Source: Pseudomonadota bacterium
GTDB taxonomy: Bacteria > Pseudomonadota > Alphaproteobacteria > Sphingomonadales > Sphingomonadaceae
Assembly: GCA_039025455.1 (NCBI GenBank)
Contig: JBCCOF010000001.1
Span: 7,338-71,337 of the forward strand
Direction: 5' to 3'
DNA length: 64,000 nt
A program made the translations under genes and the position numbers. Shown here in pieces: positions 19,781 through 29,382 of this stretch; position 1 is the first letter of the stretch; every line of letters begins with the position of its first letter. The notes below the pieces were generated by a model that saw only the letters and a program-made list of their open reading frames with translations, was not told the origin of the DNA and ran no database searches.

Positions 19781-20310
19781 CCACCCGTAAAACCCTCGGC
19801 CTTAAGGACGCCTCCGAAACCGCGCCCAACCTCAACAAGAAGGGGCGCGGGTGGAAAATCTCGGACAAGCGTCTCGACGAACTGCATGACCGTGCGCGCG
19901 AGATGAAGCGCTTTGCTTCGCCTGCGAACAAGGCGCTCGCCGCGCGGTTCGCCAAGGCCAATCTGGGACGCTACACCTTCAAGCGCTTTGCCGTGGTTGG
20001 CTCTGCTATTGTCGATTTCAACTGCCACAATCTCGGCATGGCGATCTCTATCGAGGAAGATATCGATCCCGAGCGCGCGGACCCTTTGCTTGGCCGGCGC
20101 GACAAGAGCCTGGAGGCGGTCGGCATTCGCGTCATGCGGATCAAGGCCAGCCACATCCTCGACAATATGGATGCCGTGCTGGAACGGATTACGCTCGGCA
20201 TGCGGATGCGGATCGAGGACAAGCGCAACAGTCGGAGGGCGCACTTCGAGCAAAGCCGCGCCAAAAATGAAGCCGCACCTCAGGTGCCCGAAGAAGAACC
20301 CAGGGACTGA
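19777..20310 (+). CDS. DUF559-like endonuclease-domain protein (degenerate)
   Basis: RAREMKR..SP, F.R..VVGSAIVDF.C, RD..LEA.GIRVMRI. Confidence 0.75.
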   Translation: MTTRKTLGLKDASETAPNLNKKGRGWKISDKRLDELHDRAREMKRFASPANKALAARFAKANLGRYTFKRFAVVGSAIVDFNCHNLGMAISIEEDIDPERADPLLGRRDKSLEAVGIRVMRIKASHILDNMDAVLERITLGMRMRIEDKRNSRRAHFEQSRAKNEAAPQVPEEEPRD

Positions 20311-20313
20311 ACA

Positions 20314-20814
20314 ATGATCACCACCACCCTCGCCATGATGATGGCCCTGCAAGGCGCCAACGAAGTCTTGGCCGCCATCGACAACGACAATCCCGAGACC
20401 TGGACCGTCGAATATCCGCGCCTGATCCAGCCTTATGTGATCCAGTATCGCAACTGCCTGAACGCGGCTGATCGGCGGGTGACCGGCAAACCGGACTTTC
20501 AGGAACAGCATCTCAGCGATATTCCGCGGTGCAAGAAGGTCCGCGAGGAAGCGATTGCCAAGTCGAACGCCGAAATGGCCGACGCCAAGACGCGCATCAC
20601 CGAGGCTGAAACCGACCTGTTGTTCCGCAATATCGGCATTATCCATGTGGCGCGCGGCCGCGATCTCGACCAGCAGTTCACCAACAAAATCGAGAGCGTT
20701 GCTGCGGCGCAAGCAGAATACGACGCCAACCGACCCGAGGGCCTCGTGATCGAACGCCGCCCCCGTAATCCGGTAGAAAGCCAACCGGTCGAAACCAATG
20801 ACGAAGGAAACTGA
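20314..20814 (+). CDS. Hypothetical secreted protein
   Basis: Short signal-like N-terminus, Y..CL...C pattern, operonic spacing. Confidence 0.7.
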   Translation: MITTTLAMMMALQGANEVLAAIDNDNPETWTVEYPRLIQPYVIQYRNCLNAADRRVTGKPDFQEQHLSDIPRCKKVREEAIAKSNAEMADAKTRITEAETDLLFRNIGIIHVARGRDLDQQFTNKIESVAAAQAEYDANRPEGLVIERRPRNPVESQPVETNDEGN

Positions 20815-20815
20815 C

Positions 20816-21571
20816 GTGCTTCGGATTGACAATCTCCACGCCGAAGTCGGCGGAACGCCCATTCTCAAGGGCCTGAGCCTCGAAATCGCAGCGGGCGAAG
20901 TCCATGCAATTATGGGTCCGAACGGGGCTGGGAAATCGACGCTCTCCAACGTGCTTGGCGGAAAGCCGGGATACGAAGTGACCGGCGGTTCGGTGACGTT
21001 CCGGGGCGAGGACCTGCTTGATTTCGATCCGCATGAGCGCGCTGCGGCTGGCCTGTTTCTGGGTTTCCAATATCCGGTCGAAATTCCGGGTGTCTCGAAC
21101 GTCCAGTTCTTGCGCGAGGCGCTCAATGCTCAACGTGCCGCGCGCGAGGAAGAACCGCTTTCGGGCGGCGAATTCCTCAAGCTCGCCAAAGAAAAGGCCG
21201 GACTGCTCCAGATGGATATGGAGATGCTAAAGCGGCAGGTGAATGTCGGCTTTTCCGGAGGCGAAAAGAAGCGCGCCGAGATGGTGCAAATGGGTATCCT
21301 CGACCCGGCCTTTGCGGTGTTGGACGAGACCGATTCCGGTCTTGATATCGACGCGTTGCGGATTGTGGGTGAAGGGATCAATTCGATCATGCGCCACTCC
21401 GACAAGGGCGTCCTGCTGATCACCCACTATCAACGCCTGCTCGACGTGGTGAAGCCCGATAAAGTCAGCGTGCTCGCAGGTGGGCGGATTGTTCAGACTG
21501 GCGGGCCTGAAATCGCGCTTCGGCTTGAGAAAGAAGGTTACGACGCGCTGATGGCGGAAGCGGCGGCGTGA
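20816..21571 (+). CDS. sufC: Fe-S cluster assembly ATPase SufC
   Basis: GPNGAGKST, FQYPVEIPGV, FSGGEKKR, LDETDSGLDID, ITHY; alternative start at 20798. Confidence 0.97.
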   Translation: MLRIDNLHAEVGGTPILKGLSLEIAAGEVHAIMGPNGAGKSTLSNVLGGKPGYEVTGGSVTFRGEDLLDFDPHERAAAGLFLGFQYPVEIPGVSNVQFLREALNAQRAAREEEPLSGGEFLKLAKEKAGLLQMDMEMLKRQVNVGFSGGEKKRAEMVQMGILDPAFAVLDETDSGLDIDALRIVGEGINSIMRHSDKGVLLITHYQRLLDVVKPDKVSVLAGGRIVQTGGPEIALRLEKEGYDALMAEAAA

Positions 21572-22323
21572 GCATGGTCGATACTCTGCCCACTAGGCGC
21601 GATGAAGCCTGGCGCTATGCCGATATCGGCGCGTTGAAGCGGATCGGCGTAGAAGCGCCTGATGCGTGGGAAGAAATCGCGATTGGCGCTGGCGACACTT
21701 GGCAGCGCGCGATTGTCGTGGGCAGCGACGCGCCCGGGCTGCATCGCATCCGCCTGACACTGGGCGATGGCGCCCGCGCGGAGCTGTTCGCGACCAATCT
21801 GGGCTCTGATTACACCCGCGTCGAAGTGGAAGTGACGCTCGGCAAGGGCGCGCATTTTGAGTTTGGCGGCGTGACCATTGGCGGCGGGGAAGCGGTGCGC
21901 GAATTTGTCACCACCTGCCTCCATGCCGAGCCGGATGGCACCAGCAACCAGACCGTGCGCGCCGTCCACTGGGGCACGGGCACCGGCAATTTCCTCGGCG
22001 AGATCAAAGTCGCGCGCGATGCGCAAAAGACCGACGCGGCGCAGGATTTCAAGGGCCTGCTGCTCGAAGCCGGAGCGAGCGCCAACGCAGTCCCGCAGCT
22101 CGAGATCTTCGCCGACGATGTGAAATGCGCGCATGGTGCGACCGTGGGCGAGCTGGACGAAGCCGCGCGTTACTATATGGCCGCGCGCGGTATCTCGCCC
22201 GAACTGGCGCAGCGGCTGTTGGTGCAGGCCTTTATCGGCGATGCGTTCGTCGCACTGGAAGATGAAGCGGAGCGGGCGCGATTGCTTGATGCGGCGCTCG
22301 AAGCGCTGAAGGGGCGCGTGTGA
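21568..22323 (+). CDS. sufD: Fe-S cluster assembly protein SufD (short form)
   Basis: LPT.RDE.WRY, PQLEIFADDVKCAHGATVG, Y..ARGI. Confidence 0.93.
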   Translation: MSMVDTLPTRRDEAWRYADIGALKRIGVEAPDAWEEIAIGAGDTWQRAIVVGSDAPGLHRIRLTLGDGARAELFATNLGSDYTRVEVEVTLGKGAHFEFGGVTIGGGEAVREFVTTCLHAEPDGTSNQTVRAVHWGTGTGNFLGEIKVARDAQKTDAAQDFKGLLLEAGASANAVPQLEIFADDVKCAHGATVGELDEAARYYMAARGISPELAQRLLVQAFIGDAFVALEDEAERARLLDAALEALKGRV

Positions 22324-22736
22324 GGATCCTTGCGCTACTTCCCGCTCTGGCCTTCGCCTCATGCGCGAGCGCAGCGCCGAACGAGCCATCCACCCCGATG
22401 CTTCTTGCTCCAGCGGCAAATCTATATGAACCCATCGAAAGCCCCGATGAAGTGTTCGAGCATCCTCTTGCAGTGGCTTATCACTTCACCCGCTGGCATC
22501 CCGGGGAAGATGGCGCGGCCACATTCCGGCTGGTTTCGCAACTGAGCGGCGGCCCCGATCAGTTGGTCATGTATTTCTCCGCTGATGGCTATGCCGATGA
22601 CTCGGTTCAGGCCGAGGAATGGCGAATCCAGCTCGAAAGAGCCGAAGGCGGTTGGCGCGTTACAGATGCTGGCAAGCGCGTGAAGTGCTATCGCGGTGCT
22701 GATGCTGGCGAGTGGCAGAAGGGGTTGTGCCCGTGA
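22320..22736 (+). CDS. Hypothetical lipoprotein inserted in the suf operon
   Basis: FASC lipobox, DDSV...W..L...W...KCYRG...W...LCP, GTGA overlaps at both ends. Confidence 0.75.
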   Translation: MRILALLPALAFASCASAAPNEPSTPMLLAPAANLYEPIESPDEVFEHPLAVAYHFTRWHPGEDGAATFRLVSQLSGGPDQLVMYFSADGYADDSVQAEEWRIQLERAEGGWRVTDAGKRVKCYRGADAGEWQKGLCP

Positions 22737-23083
22737 GTTTGATCGCCGCTTTACTCCTTGCCCAACCGGCTGATGTTATCGGCACTGTGCCAAAGCCCAA
22801 CGCAGAGTTGGACGCGGCGAATGCCTGTCTGGTTGCGGGTGTCGAGAAGCAGTTGGCGGACAATCGCCCTGAACCCGATGCAAAAGAGCGTTGGGAGTGG
22901 GCTCTCAAGACCGTCGATGGTTGCCAGCCGGAAATCACGGCTGCTGCGCGGTCGGACGGTGCGGTTGCCGTTGTTGGTGAAGGGTCCGGTCAGAACATTT
23001 CGAAGGGCAGCGCCCTGCGGACCGAGGCGATTTACTATGTCGACCGGCTGTTGCGCGAACATTTCGAGAGGGCCGTGAAATGA
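22733..23083 (+). CDS. Hypothetical secreted protein
   Basis: GTG start overlapping the previous TGA, signal-like LIAALLLAQ, ATGA overlap with sufS. Confidence 0.7.
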   Translation: MSLIAALLLAQPADVIGTVPKPNAELDAANACLVAGVEKQLADNRPEPDAKERWEWALKTVDGCQPEITAAARSDGAVAVVGEGSGQNISKGSALRTEAIYYVDRLLREHFERAVK

Positions 23084-24309
23084 ACGCGCCTGCAACCCTT
23101 GATTGCGATCTGCGCGCGGATTTTCCCGGTTTGAAGACCGCCGAGGGTGCCGACTGGCACTATCTCGACACCGGGGCGACCGCGCAAAAGCCGCGTCAGG
23201 TGATCGATGCCATGGCGCGCGCCATGGGTGAGGATTACGCGACGGTCCATCGCGGGGTTTACTCCCGCTCTGCCGAGATGACGCTCGCTTATGAGGCAGC
23301 GCGGCGGACGATTGCGGCGTTTCTGGGCGGGCGCGAGGAAGAGATAGTCTTCACCCGCGGCGCGACCGAGGCGATCAATCTGGTCGCGAACAGCTGGGGC
23401 CGGGCGAACCTCAAACCGGGTGACCGCATCCTGCTTTCGCAACTGGAGCATCATTCGAACATCGTTCCGTGGCAGATGATTGCTGAGGCAACCGGCGCTG
23501 TCATCGATGTGTGTCCGCTCACCGATGACCACCGGATCGACCTTGATGTGGCCGAGGACATGCTGACCGAGCGACACAAGCTGGTTGCGCTGTGTCATGT
23601 CTCCAATGTGCTTGGCAGCGTTCTCGACGCGCCGCGTGCGGCGGCCATGGCGCATAGAGTCGGCTCAAAGCTGCTGCTCGATGGCTGCCAGTCCGCACCG
23701 CATATGCCGGTCGATGTGGCCGCGCTTGGCTGCGATTTCTACGTGTTCAGCGCGCACAAGCTTTATGGGCCGACCGGGATCGGGGCGCTTTGGGCGCGCG
23801 GCGAGATCCTTGACGCAATGCCGCCATGGGAAGGCGGCGGGGCGATGATCGACCGCGTGACCTTTGCGGGCACGACCTATGCCCCCGCGCCGCAGCGCTT
23901 CGAAGCGGGTACCCCTGCCATCGCCGAAGCCATCGCCTTCGCTGCCGCCGCCGATTACGTGACCGATATCGGCCTTGCGCGCATCCACGAAACCGAAGCC
24001 GCGCTGGTCGCTCGCCTTCGCCGCGAACTTGGCGCGATGAACGATGTCACGCTCTATGGTCCGGTAGACAGCGCCGGGATCGTCAGTTTTGCGATTGACG
24101 GCATTCACCCGCATGACCTTGGCACAATCCTCGACGAAGCCAATGTCGCGATCCGCGCCGGCCACCATTGCGCACAGCCTTTGATGGACTATCTCGGAGT
24201 TCCAGCAACAGCGCGCGCCAGCTTTGGCCTCTATTCAACCGATGAAGATGTCGATGCGCTGCTCGTTGGGATCGAGCGCACGCGGCGCATTTTTGGAAAA
24301 GGGAACTAG
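23080..24309 (+). CDS. sufS: Cysteine desulfurase SufS
   Basis: YLD..ATAQKP, EHHSNIVPW, FSAHKLYGPTG, RAGHHCAQP. Confidence 0.97.
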   Translation: MNAPATLDCDLRADFPGLKTAEGADWHYLDTGATAQKPRQVIDAMARAMGEDYATVHRGVYSRSAEMTLAYEAARRTIAAFLGGREEEIVFTRGATEAINLVANSWGRANLKPGDRILLSQLEHHSNIVPWQMIAEATGAVIDVCPLTDDHRIDLDVAEDMLTERHKLVALCHVSNVLGSVLDAPRAAAMAHRVGSKLLLDGCQSAPHMPVDVAALGCDFYVFSAHKLYGPTGIGALWARGEILDAMPPWEGGGAMIDRVTFAGTTYAPAPQRFEAGTPAIAEAIAFAAAADYVTDIGLARIHETEAALVARLRRELGAMNDVTLYGPVDSAGIVSFAIDGIHPHDLGTILDEANVAIRAGHHCAQPLMDYLGVPATARASFGLYSTDEDVDALLVGIERTRRIFGKGN

Positions 24310-24312
24310 ACG

Positions 24313-24828
24313 ATGAACAAGCCCGAGGAATCGCGCGACTTTGTCGCTGCACCAATGTCGAAAGACGAAGTGGTCAAGCCGCCGCGCGCTCGCGTGTCCG
24401 ATGTGATCGACGAGGATGAGCCTGCCGAAGCCGCGCCTGAAAAGCCCGCCGAAAAACGCGAGCGCGACTACCTTGAAGGCTTCATCGCCGCCAAGCCTTC
24501 CGAAGACGCCGTCGGTGGTGCAGGAAGCGAGCTCCAGGCCGCCGTGGTCGACGCGCTCAAGGAAATCTTTGATCCCGAAATTCCGGTCAACATTTATGAC
24601 TTGGGCCTGATCTATGGCGTCGAGGTCGATGATGAGGCGGACGCGACTGTCACCATGACGCTCACCACCCCGCATTGTCCGGTGGCCGAAACCATGCCCG
24701 CCGAGGTCGAGCTGCGCGCTTCCTCGGTGCCGGGAATTCGCGATGCCGAGGTCAATCTGGTTTGGGACCCGCCATGGTCGCCCGCCAAGATGAGCGATGA
24801 AGCGCGGCTCGAACTGGGAATGCTGTGA
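24313..24828 (+). CDS. sufT: SUF Fe-S assembly protein SufT (DUF59)
   Basis: DPEIPVNIYDLGLIY, MTLTTPHCP, VWDPPW. Confidence 0.92.
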   Translation: MNKPEESRDFVAAPMSKDEVVKPPRARVSDVIDEDEPAEAAPEKPAEKRERDYLEGFIAAKPSEDAVGGAGSELQAAVVDALKEIFDPEIPVNIYDLGLIYGVEVDDEADATVTMTLTTPHCPVAETMPAEVELRASSVPGIRDAEVNLVWDPPWSPAKMSDEARLELGML

Positions 24829-25181
24829 TGACGACGACAACGCGCCAAATACCTGCCGCCGTTATCCTCACACCAAGTGCAGAAGCGCGCATCTCACACT
24901 TGATGAGCGAAGCCCCCGCCGAGGCGATCGGCGTCAAACTCTCAACCCCGCGCAGAGGCTGTTCCGGCCTTGCCTATTCGGTCGATTACGTCACCGAAGA
25001 GGCCAAATTCGACGAGAAGATCGAAACGCCAGGCGGCACCTTCTACATTGATGGGGCGAGCGTGCTCTATCTGGTCGGATCGACGATGGATTGGCGCGAG
25101 GACGATTTTACAGCCGGCTTCGTGTTCGAAAACCCCAATGCAAAGGGCGCGTGCGGCTGCGGCGAGAGCTTTATGGTCTGA
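24828..25181 (+). CDS. sufA: A-type Fe-S carrier SufA/IscA
   Basis: GCSGLAY, NPNAKGACGCGESF. Confidence 0.93.
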   Translation: MTTTTRQIPAAVILTPSAEARISHLMSEAPAEAIGVKLSTPRRGCSGLAYSVDYVTEEAKFDEKIETPGGTFYIDGASVLYLVGSTMDWREDDFTAGFVFENPNAKGACGCGESFMV

Positions 25182-25651
25182 TGCCAGCCCGTTTCGAGCT
25201 GACCACGCGTCTTGAGCAATCGCCCGATGAGATCTGGGCGCAGGTGATGAAACCGGCGCTGTTTCTCCATGTCGCGGCGCCCTTGGTTCGGTTCAAGCCG
25301 ATTGGCATGGACGATTTTCCGGACAGATGGGCCGAAGGCGAGTATCGCGGCGACATGCGCCTGTTCGGGCTCATTCCCATCGGTTGGCAGGCGATTGTGA
25401 TCGAGCTGCCGGACGCGCAAGGCGACACATATGTCCTCTACGACAAAGGCTATAGCCCGGTGCTGCGGACATGGAGCCATCGAATATCGGTCAAGCCCGA
25501 GGGCGGTGGCACGCGCTACAGCGATGCGATAGCTTTTGACGCAGGCTGGCTCACTGGCTTTTCAGTGCCGTTCCTTCGGCTGTTCTTCAAACATCGTCAG
25601 CGACGTCTGCGCTCGCTCGCCGCAGAGGGCTTTGCGAGCATGAAAGGCTGA
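25181..25651 (+). CDS. SRPBCC-like hypothetical protein
   Basis: TGATG overlap with sufA, W.H.I...GGTRY.D and FF.HRQRR. Confidence 0.7.
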   Translation: MPARFELTTRLEQSPDEIWAQVMKPALFLHVAAPLVRFKPIGMDDFPDRWAEGEYRGDMRLFGLIPIGWQAIVIELPDAQGDTYVLYDKGYSPVLRTWSHRISVKPEGGGTRYSDAIAFDAGWLTGFSVPFLRLFFKHRQRRLRSLAAEGFASMKG

Positions 25652-25654
25652 CGT

Positions 25655-26596
25655 TCAGTCTTCCTCGGAAAGGCGCTTGAGCAAGCGCCGCTCCAGATCG
25701 TCCAACTCGCCGTCCTTTTCGATCATCGCATTGAGCCATGCGTTCTCTTGCGCTGTCACGGCTTCACCAGCGTCGGCCTGCTCTGCAATTGTCGGAGCGC
25801 TCTGCTTTCTGCCGAACACCTTGCCGAAATTGTTCGCAACTTGCGGCATTTCGCGAACAACGCGCCCGATGAAGCGCCCTACATTCGCCTGATTGTCGTC
25901 CATAAACTCTTCGAGCTGTTTCATGCGGCTATGGTCGAGTTGGGCGTTTTGGAAGGTGAAGCCTTTCAGATAATTCGCCGCGCCATCGAGGAAGAGCTTC
26001 TCCCATTCGGGTGCGTTCTGGCTGTCCAGCGTCTTGTCTTTCAGACGGAAGAGCATTTCGGCCTCGGACTGGCTCACCGAAGCCGGGCCATGCCCACCGC
26101 TGCCGAAGATCACGCGGCGCAGGATATTCGCTTCGGCGCTAGTGATGTGCGCATCAGACAATTCACCGCCGCATCGCGTTGGACCGACACCCGAGAACAC
26201 CTCGTTTTCGATCTGCGCAATCGCATAGTCTTTGAGCCGCAAGGGGACGTTTTCGGCGCGTTCAATAATGCGGGTGATCACTTCAAGCTCGGCCATGCTT
26301 TCGACCATGCCGTCATGGTCGATTTGCACGATCAGCCACGCGGCTTCGCTGTCGTCGCACTGATATTTCGGCTCGGTGCCATTGAGGACGAAATGAACGA
26401 TGGCCTCTACGAAGAAATCGACCCATTCAATGTCGCTGGAGCCGATGACATTGTTGATGGCGAACAGAGCCTCAGCTTCGTCGCGAGTGATGACGCCGTC
26501 GTCCCAGCCTTGGCGACGAAGCGCGAGCACTTCCTGAGCGCAAACGTGGCCATCGGCCGCAGCGCGCCGTGCGAGATCGGTGAAATGCTGTGTCAT
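25655..26596 (-). CDS. Hypothetical protein with repeated TerB-like helical units
   Basis: Repeated ADG.V..EV..LR, DG.I..EAE.LF motifs. Confidence 0.75.
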   Translation of the reverse strand: MTQHFTDLARRAAADGHVCAQEVLALRRQGWDDGVITRDEAEALFAINNVIGSSDIEWVDFFVEAIVHFVLNGTEPKYQCDDSEAAWLIVQIDHDGMVESMAELEVITRIIERAENVPLRLKDYAIAQIENEVFSGVGPTRCGGELSDAHITSAEANILRRVIFGSGGHGPASVSQSEAEMLFRLKDKTLDSQNAPEWEKLFLDGAANYLKGFTFQNAQLDHSRMKQLEEFMDDNQANVGRFIGRVVREMPQVANNFGKVFGRKQSAPTIAEQADAGEAVTAQENAWLNAMIEKDGELDDLERRLLKRLSEED

Positions 26597-26684
26597 ATGT
26601 CGGTCAAACCCTCTGGAACCCGCGCAAATGTTATTCCGAGGGCTATGACACAAAAGCGCTTAATTCCGGGTTACCGAAGGCGCG

Positions 26685-27092
26685 CTAGTCTTCTAGCTCT
26701 GCGATGCAGCTGCTGCGATCTGTGTCGGCGCCGGTTGAGCGCAAACGCGCCTCGACGTGGGTGGCGACGGGCGCGGCACCGGCCGAAAGCGGATAAAGGA
26801 AGATATCCAGCACACAACGGTCGCCGGAGAATTGTAGCTTGCGAGCATCACCTTCGATCAAGTCGATCCGCGCCGCGCCGAATTGCTGGATCAGAGCATT
26901 CGCCTGCGCCCCGATCACCGCATCGAGGCCACTTTTTTGCATAACCTGAGGGGTCGGCACGGCGGCGGGTTTTGCAAGGATGGCGGCGACCGTGGGGCGG
27001 CTGGCTTGGGTGCTGGAGGCTGTGGTGGCGGCAGATCCTGCCGCGCATGCGGGCAAGGTGAGAGCGAGCATGATCACAATGATATTACGCAT
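26685..27092 (-). CDS. Hypothetical lipoprotein
   Basis: LPAC lipobox, EGDARKLQF....CVLD.FLY. Confidence 0.75.
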   Translation of the reverse strand: MRNIIVIMLALTLPACAAGSAATTASSTQASRPTVAAILAKPAAVPTPQVMQKSGLDAVIGAQANALIQQFGAARIDLIEGDARKLQFSGDRCVLDIFLYPLSAGAAPVATHVEARLRSTGADTDRSSCIAELED

Positions 27093-27795
27093 GTGCATCC
27101 CTTTTGGCGCTGCTGTTTCCCATAAAGCGGTGAGTCAGATGAGTGCCAGCCGCTGCCCCGATCACGGGGGCGAGCAGTCCCAGAAACGGGACGAGCATCA
27201 AGCCCGCAGTCACTCCGCCAAGCGCAATCCGGTTGGACCCGGGCACTGGCGTGTTCGTCTGCTCAGTTTCTGTGCAATGGCGAAACCACGCCATGTCTGT
27301 CAATTCGCGGCCCAACAGCACCGCATTGACCAGCAGGAACACCAATGCCGAGCCGATACCTGTGAAGATCAGCGCAATCGCAACCGGCAATGCCAACAGA
27401 TTGTAGCCGACTGCACGGGAAACGCCTCGCAGGGAATTGCGCAGATCACGGCGGAACGGCAGCTTTTTCGCGCTGCGAGCCGCCGCCGGATAGTGCCGCT
27501 CCTCGACCGCTGCGACAATTTCGTCGGCGAAGAACTGGAGCACTGCGAGCGCCACGACCCGAAACAGAAACCAACCGGCAGTCAACGCAATCAAGGCCGC
27601 TGCGGTCGCTTCAGCCAGACCGCCGTCGGAGGCTCCCCACTGCGAGAAACCCCAGCGCAGGCCGAAGAACAGCACCACGCCCAACGCGGCAAACACAGCA
27701 ACAGTGACGCCAAGACTTTTGAACAAAACCTTCAACACCGCCGGATCGGCGAGTTGGCGCACGGCCATCAGCAGCGGCGTCATGACAAAGGGCAT
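27085..27795 (-). CDS. EI24/CysZ-domain membrane protein
   Basis: FFADEIV.AVE..HYP, LLGREL, VPF..LLAPV.GAA..TH. Confidence 0.85.
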   Translation of the reverse strand: MPFVMTPLLMAVRQLADPAVLKVLFKSLGVTVAVFAALGVVLFFGLRWGFSQWGASDGGLAEATAAALIALTAGWFLFRVVALAVLQFFADEIVAAVEERHYPAAARSAKKLPFRRDLRNSLRGVSRAVGYNLLALPVAIALIFTGIGSALVFLLVNAVLLGRELTDMAWFRHCTETEQTNTPVPGSNRIALGGVTAGLMLVPFLGLLAPVIGAAAGTHLTHRFMGNSSAKRDAHA

Positions 27796-27940
27796 GGGCG
27801 AAACAAATGCGCCTGCGCCGACCGCCAGTCAAACCTCTGGCGCCCATACTCCCCTATCTTGGCTGACCCCTTGGCCTGACCGGCGAAGCGGGCTAGACGG
27901 CGCGCTCAAACGCATTCTCAACAAATCAGGACAATCCCCA

Positions 27941-28960
27941 GTGCCCGAAACCGGTACCCCGCCGCGCTACGACGTAATCGCCATCGGCAATGCAATCGTC
28001 GATATTATCGCATCATGCGATGATGAAACCATCGAAGAGCTTGAGCTCAATCGCGGCGGCATGACTTTGGTCGATGCGCCGGGGGCGGACCGGCTCTACG
28101 ATGCCATGGGCCCGGCGACAGAGAAATCCGGTGGTTCGGCGGCAAACACGCTCGCAGGGTTATCGCAACTGGGCATCCAATGCGCTTTTATCGGGCAAGT
28201 GGCGGACGACCAGTTCGGCAAGGTCTTCGCGCATGATATCCGCGCCACCGGGATCGACTTCGACACGCCGATGCGCGCCACAGACGGCAGCGATGACCAG
28301 CCGCCCACCGGACGTTGCCTGATCTTCGTCACGCCCGATGGCGAGCGCACAATGAACACCTTTCTGGGCGCGGGCCAATATCTGCCCGCCGCCGCCTTGG
28401 ATGAAGACCTCATTGCGAGCGGCGCCATCCTCTATCTCGAAGGCTATTTGTGGGATCCCGAAGAACCGCGCCGCGCGATGCGCCGCGCCATCGAGGTTGC
28501 GCGTGCAGCGGGGCGCAAGGTCGCCTTCACCGCCAGCGAGAGCTTCGTGATTGACCGCCATGGTGACGATTTCCGCGCCATGATTGCCGATGGACTGATC
28601 GATATTCTGTTCGTCAACGAAAGCGAGCTCGCAACGCTGACAGGCGAGGACGATTTCGAAGCGGGTGTGGCCAAAGTGGCAGGCAGCGTGCCGGTTCTGG
28701 TCGCAACCAAGGGCGAAAACGGCGCGATTGCCGTCGCCCATGGCGAGCGCGCAGAAGTCGCCGCCGAGCCGATCGAGCAAGTGGTCGACACGACAGGCGC
28801 CGGCGACCAGTTCGCTGCGGGCTTCCTGTCGGGCTTCGTTCGCGGCGCTCCGCTGGAAGTGTGCCTTCGCCGAGGTGCGATCTCCGCTGCCGAAGTGATC
28901 GTGCATTACGGTCCGCGCCCCGAGGCGGATATGCAGGCATTAATGGCGGAAAAGCTGTAA
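27941..28960 (+). CDS. PfkB-family adenosine kinase
   Basis: GNAIVD, GGSAANT, YLEGYLWD, DTTGAGD.FAAGF. Confidence 0.92.
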   Translation: MPETGTPPRYDVIAIGNAIVDIIASCDDETIEELELNRGGMTLVDAPGADRLYDAMGPATEKSGGSAANTLAGLSQLGIQCAFIGQVADDQFGKVFAHDIRATGIDFDTPMRATDGSDDQPPTGRCLIFVTPDGERTMNTFLGAGQYLPAAALDEDLIASGAILYLEGYLWDPEEPRRAMRRAIEVARAAGRKVAFTASESFVIDRHGDDFRAMIADGLIDILFVNESELATLTGEDDFEAGVAKVAGSVPVLVATKGENGAIAVAHGERAEVAAEPIEQVVDTTGAGDQFAAGFLSGFVRGAPLEVCLRRGAISAAEVIVHYGPRPEADMQALMAEKL

Positions 28961-28973
28961 AACGGCGCCGCGG

Positions 28974-29339
28974 CTACAGGGCTGGCTCGTAGTCATCCCG
29001 GCGCAGCGTAAGCATATATACCGCGATCTGGTCGACTTGATCGGCATCGAGATCGAAGTCCATCACTTCGGGATAATTGTGCGCGTCTGCGAGCCATTGG
29101 CCGAGCGTTTCGTCGGGCACACCGGGGCGATTGGCAATTGCTTCAAAGCCGGGCGCTTGCGGGTTGGGCGAGAGGAATGGCGGTGCAACCGCATGGCACC
29201 CGCCGCAAGCCGCTTCGACAAAGGCAGGCGGGTCAGCGGGCGCCTGGGCCGTTTGCAAGGCGGTGCCGGTGGTCTGACACGTCGCAAGCAATGCGGCCGA
29301 GGTGATCGGGACGGCGAGGCGCAAGGGATGTTTCATCAT
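28974..29339 (-). CDS. Monoheme cytochrome c (probable lipoprotein)
   Basis: CGGCH heme-binding motif, distal M, signal with LATC. Confidence 0.8.
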   Translation of the reverse strand: MMKHPLRLAVPITSAALLATCQTTGTALQTAQAPADPPAFVEAACGGCHAVAPPFLSPNPQAPGFEAIANRPGVPDETLGQWLADAHNYPEVMDFDLDADQVDQIAVYMLTLRRDDYEPAL

Positions 29340-29382
29340 GTCTTTGCGTAACGCGCCGCCAAGCCGGATTCATTGATCGGGA

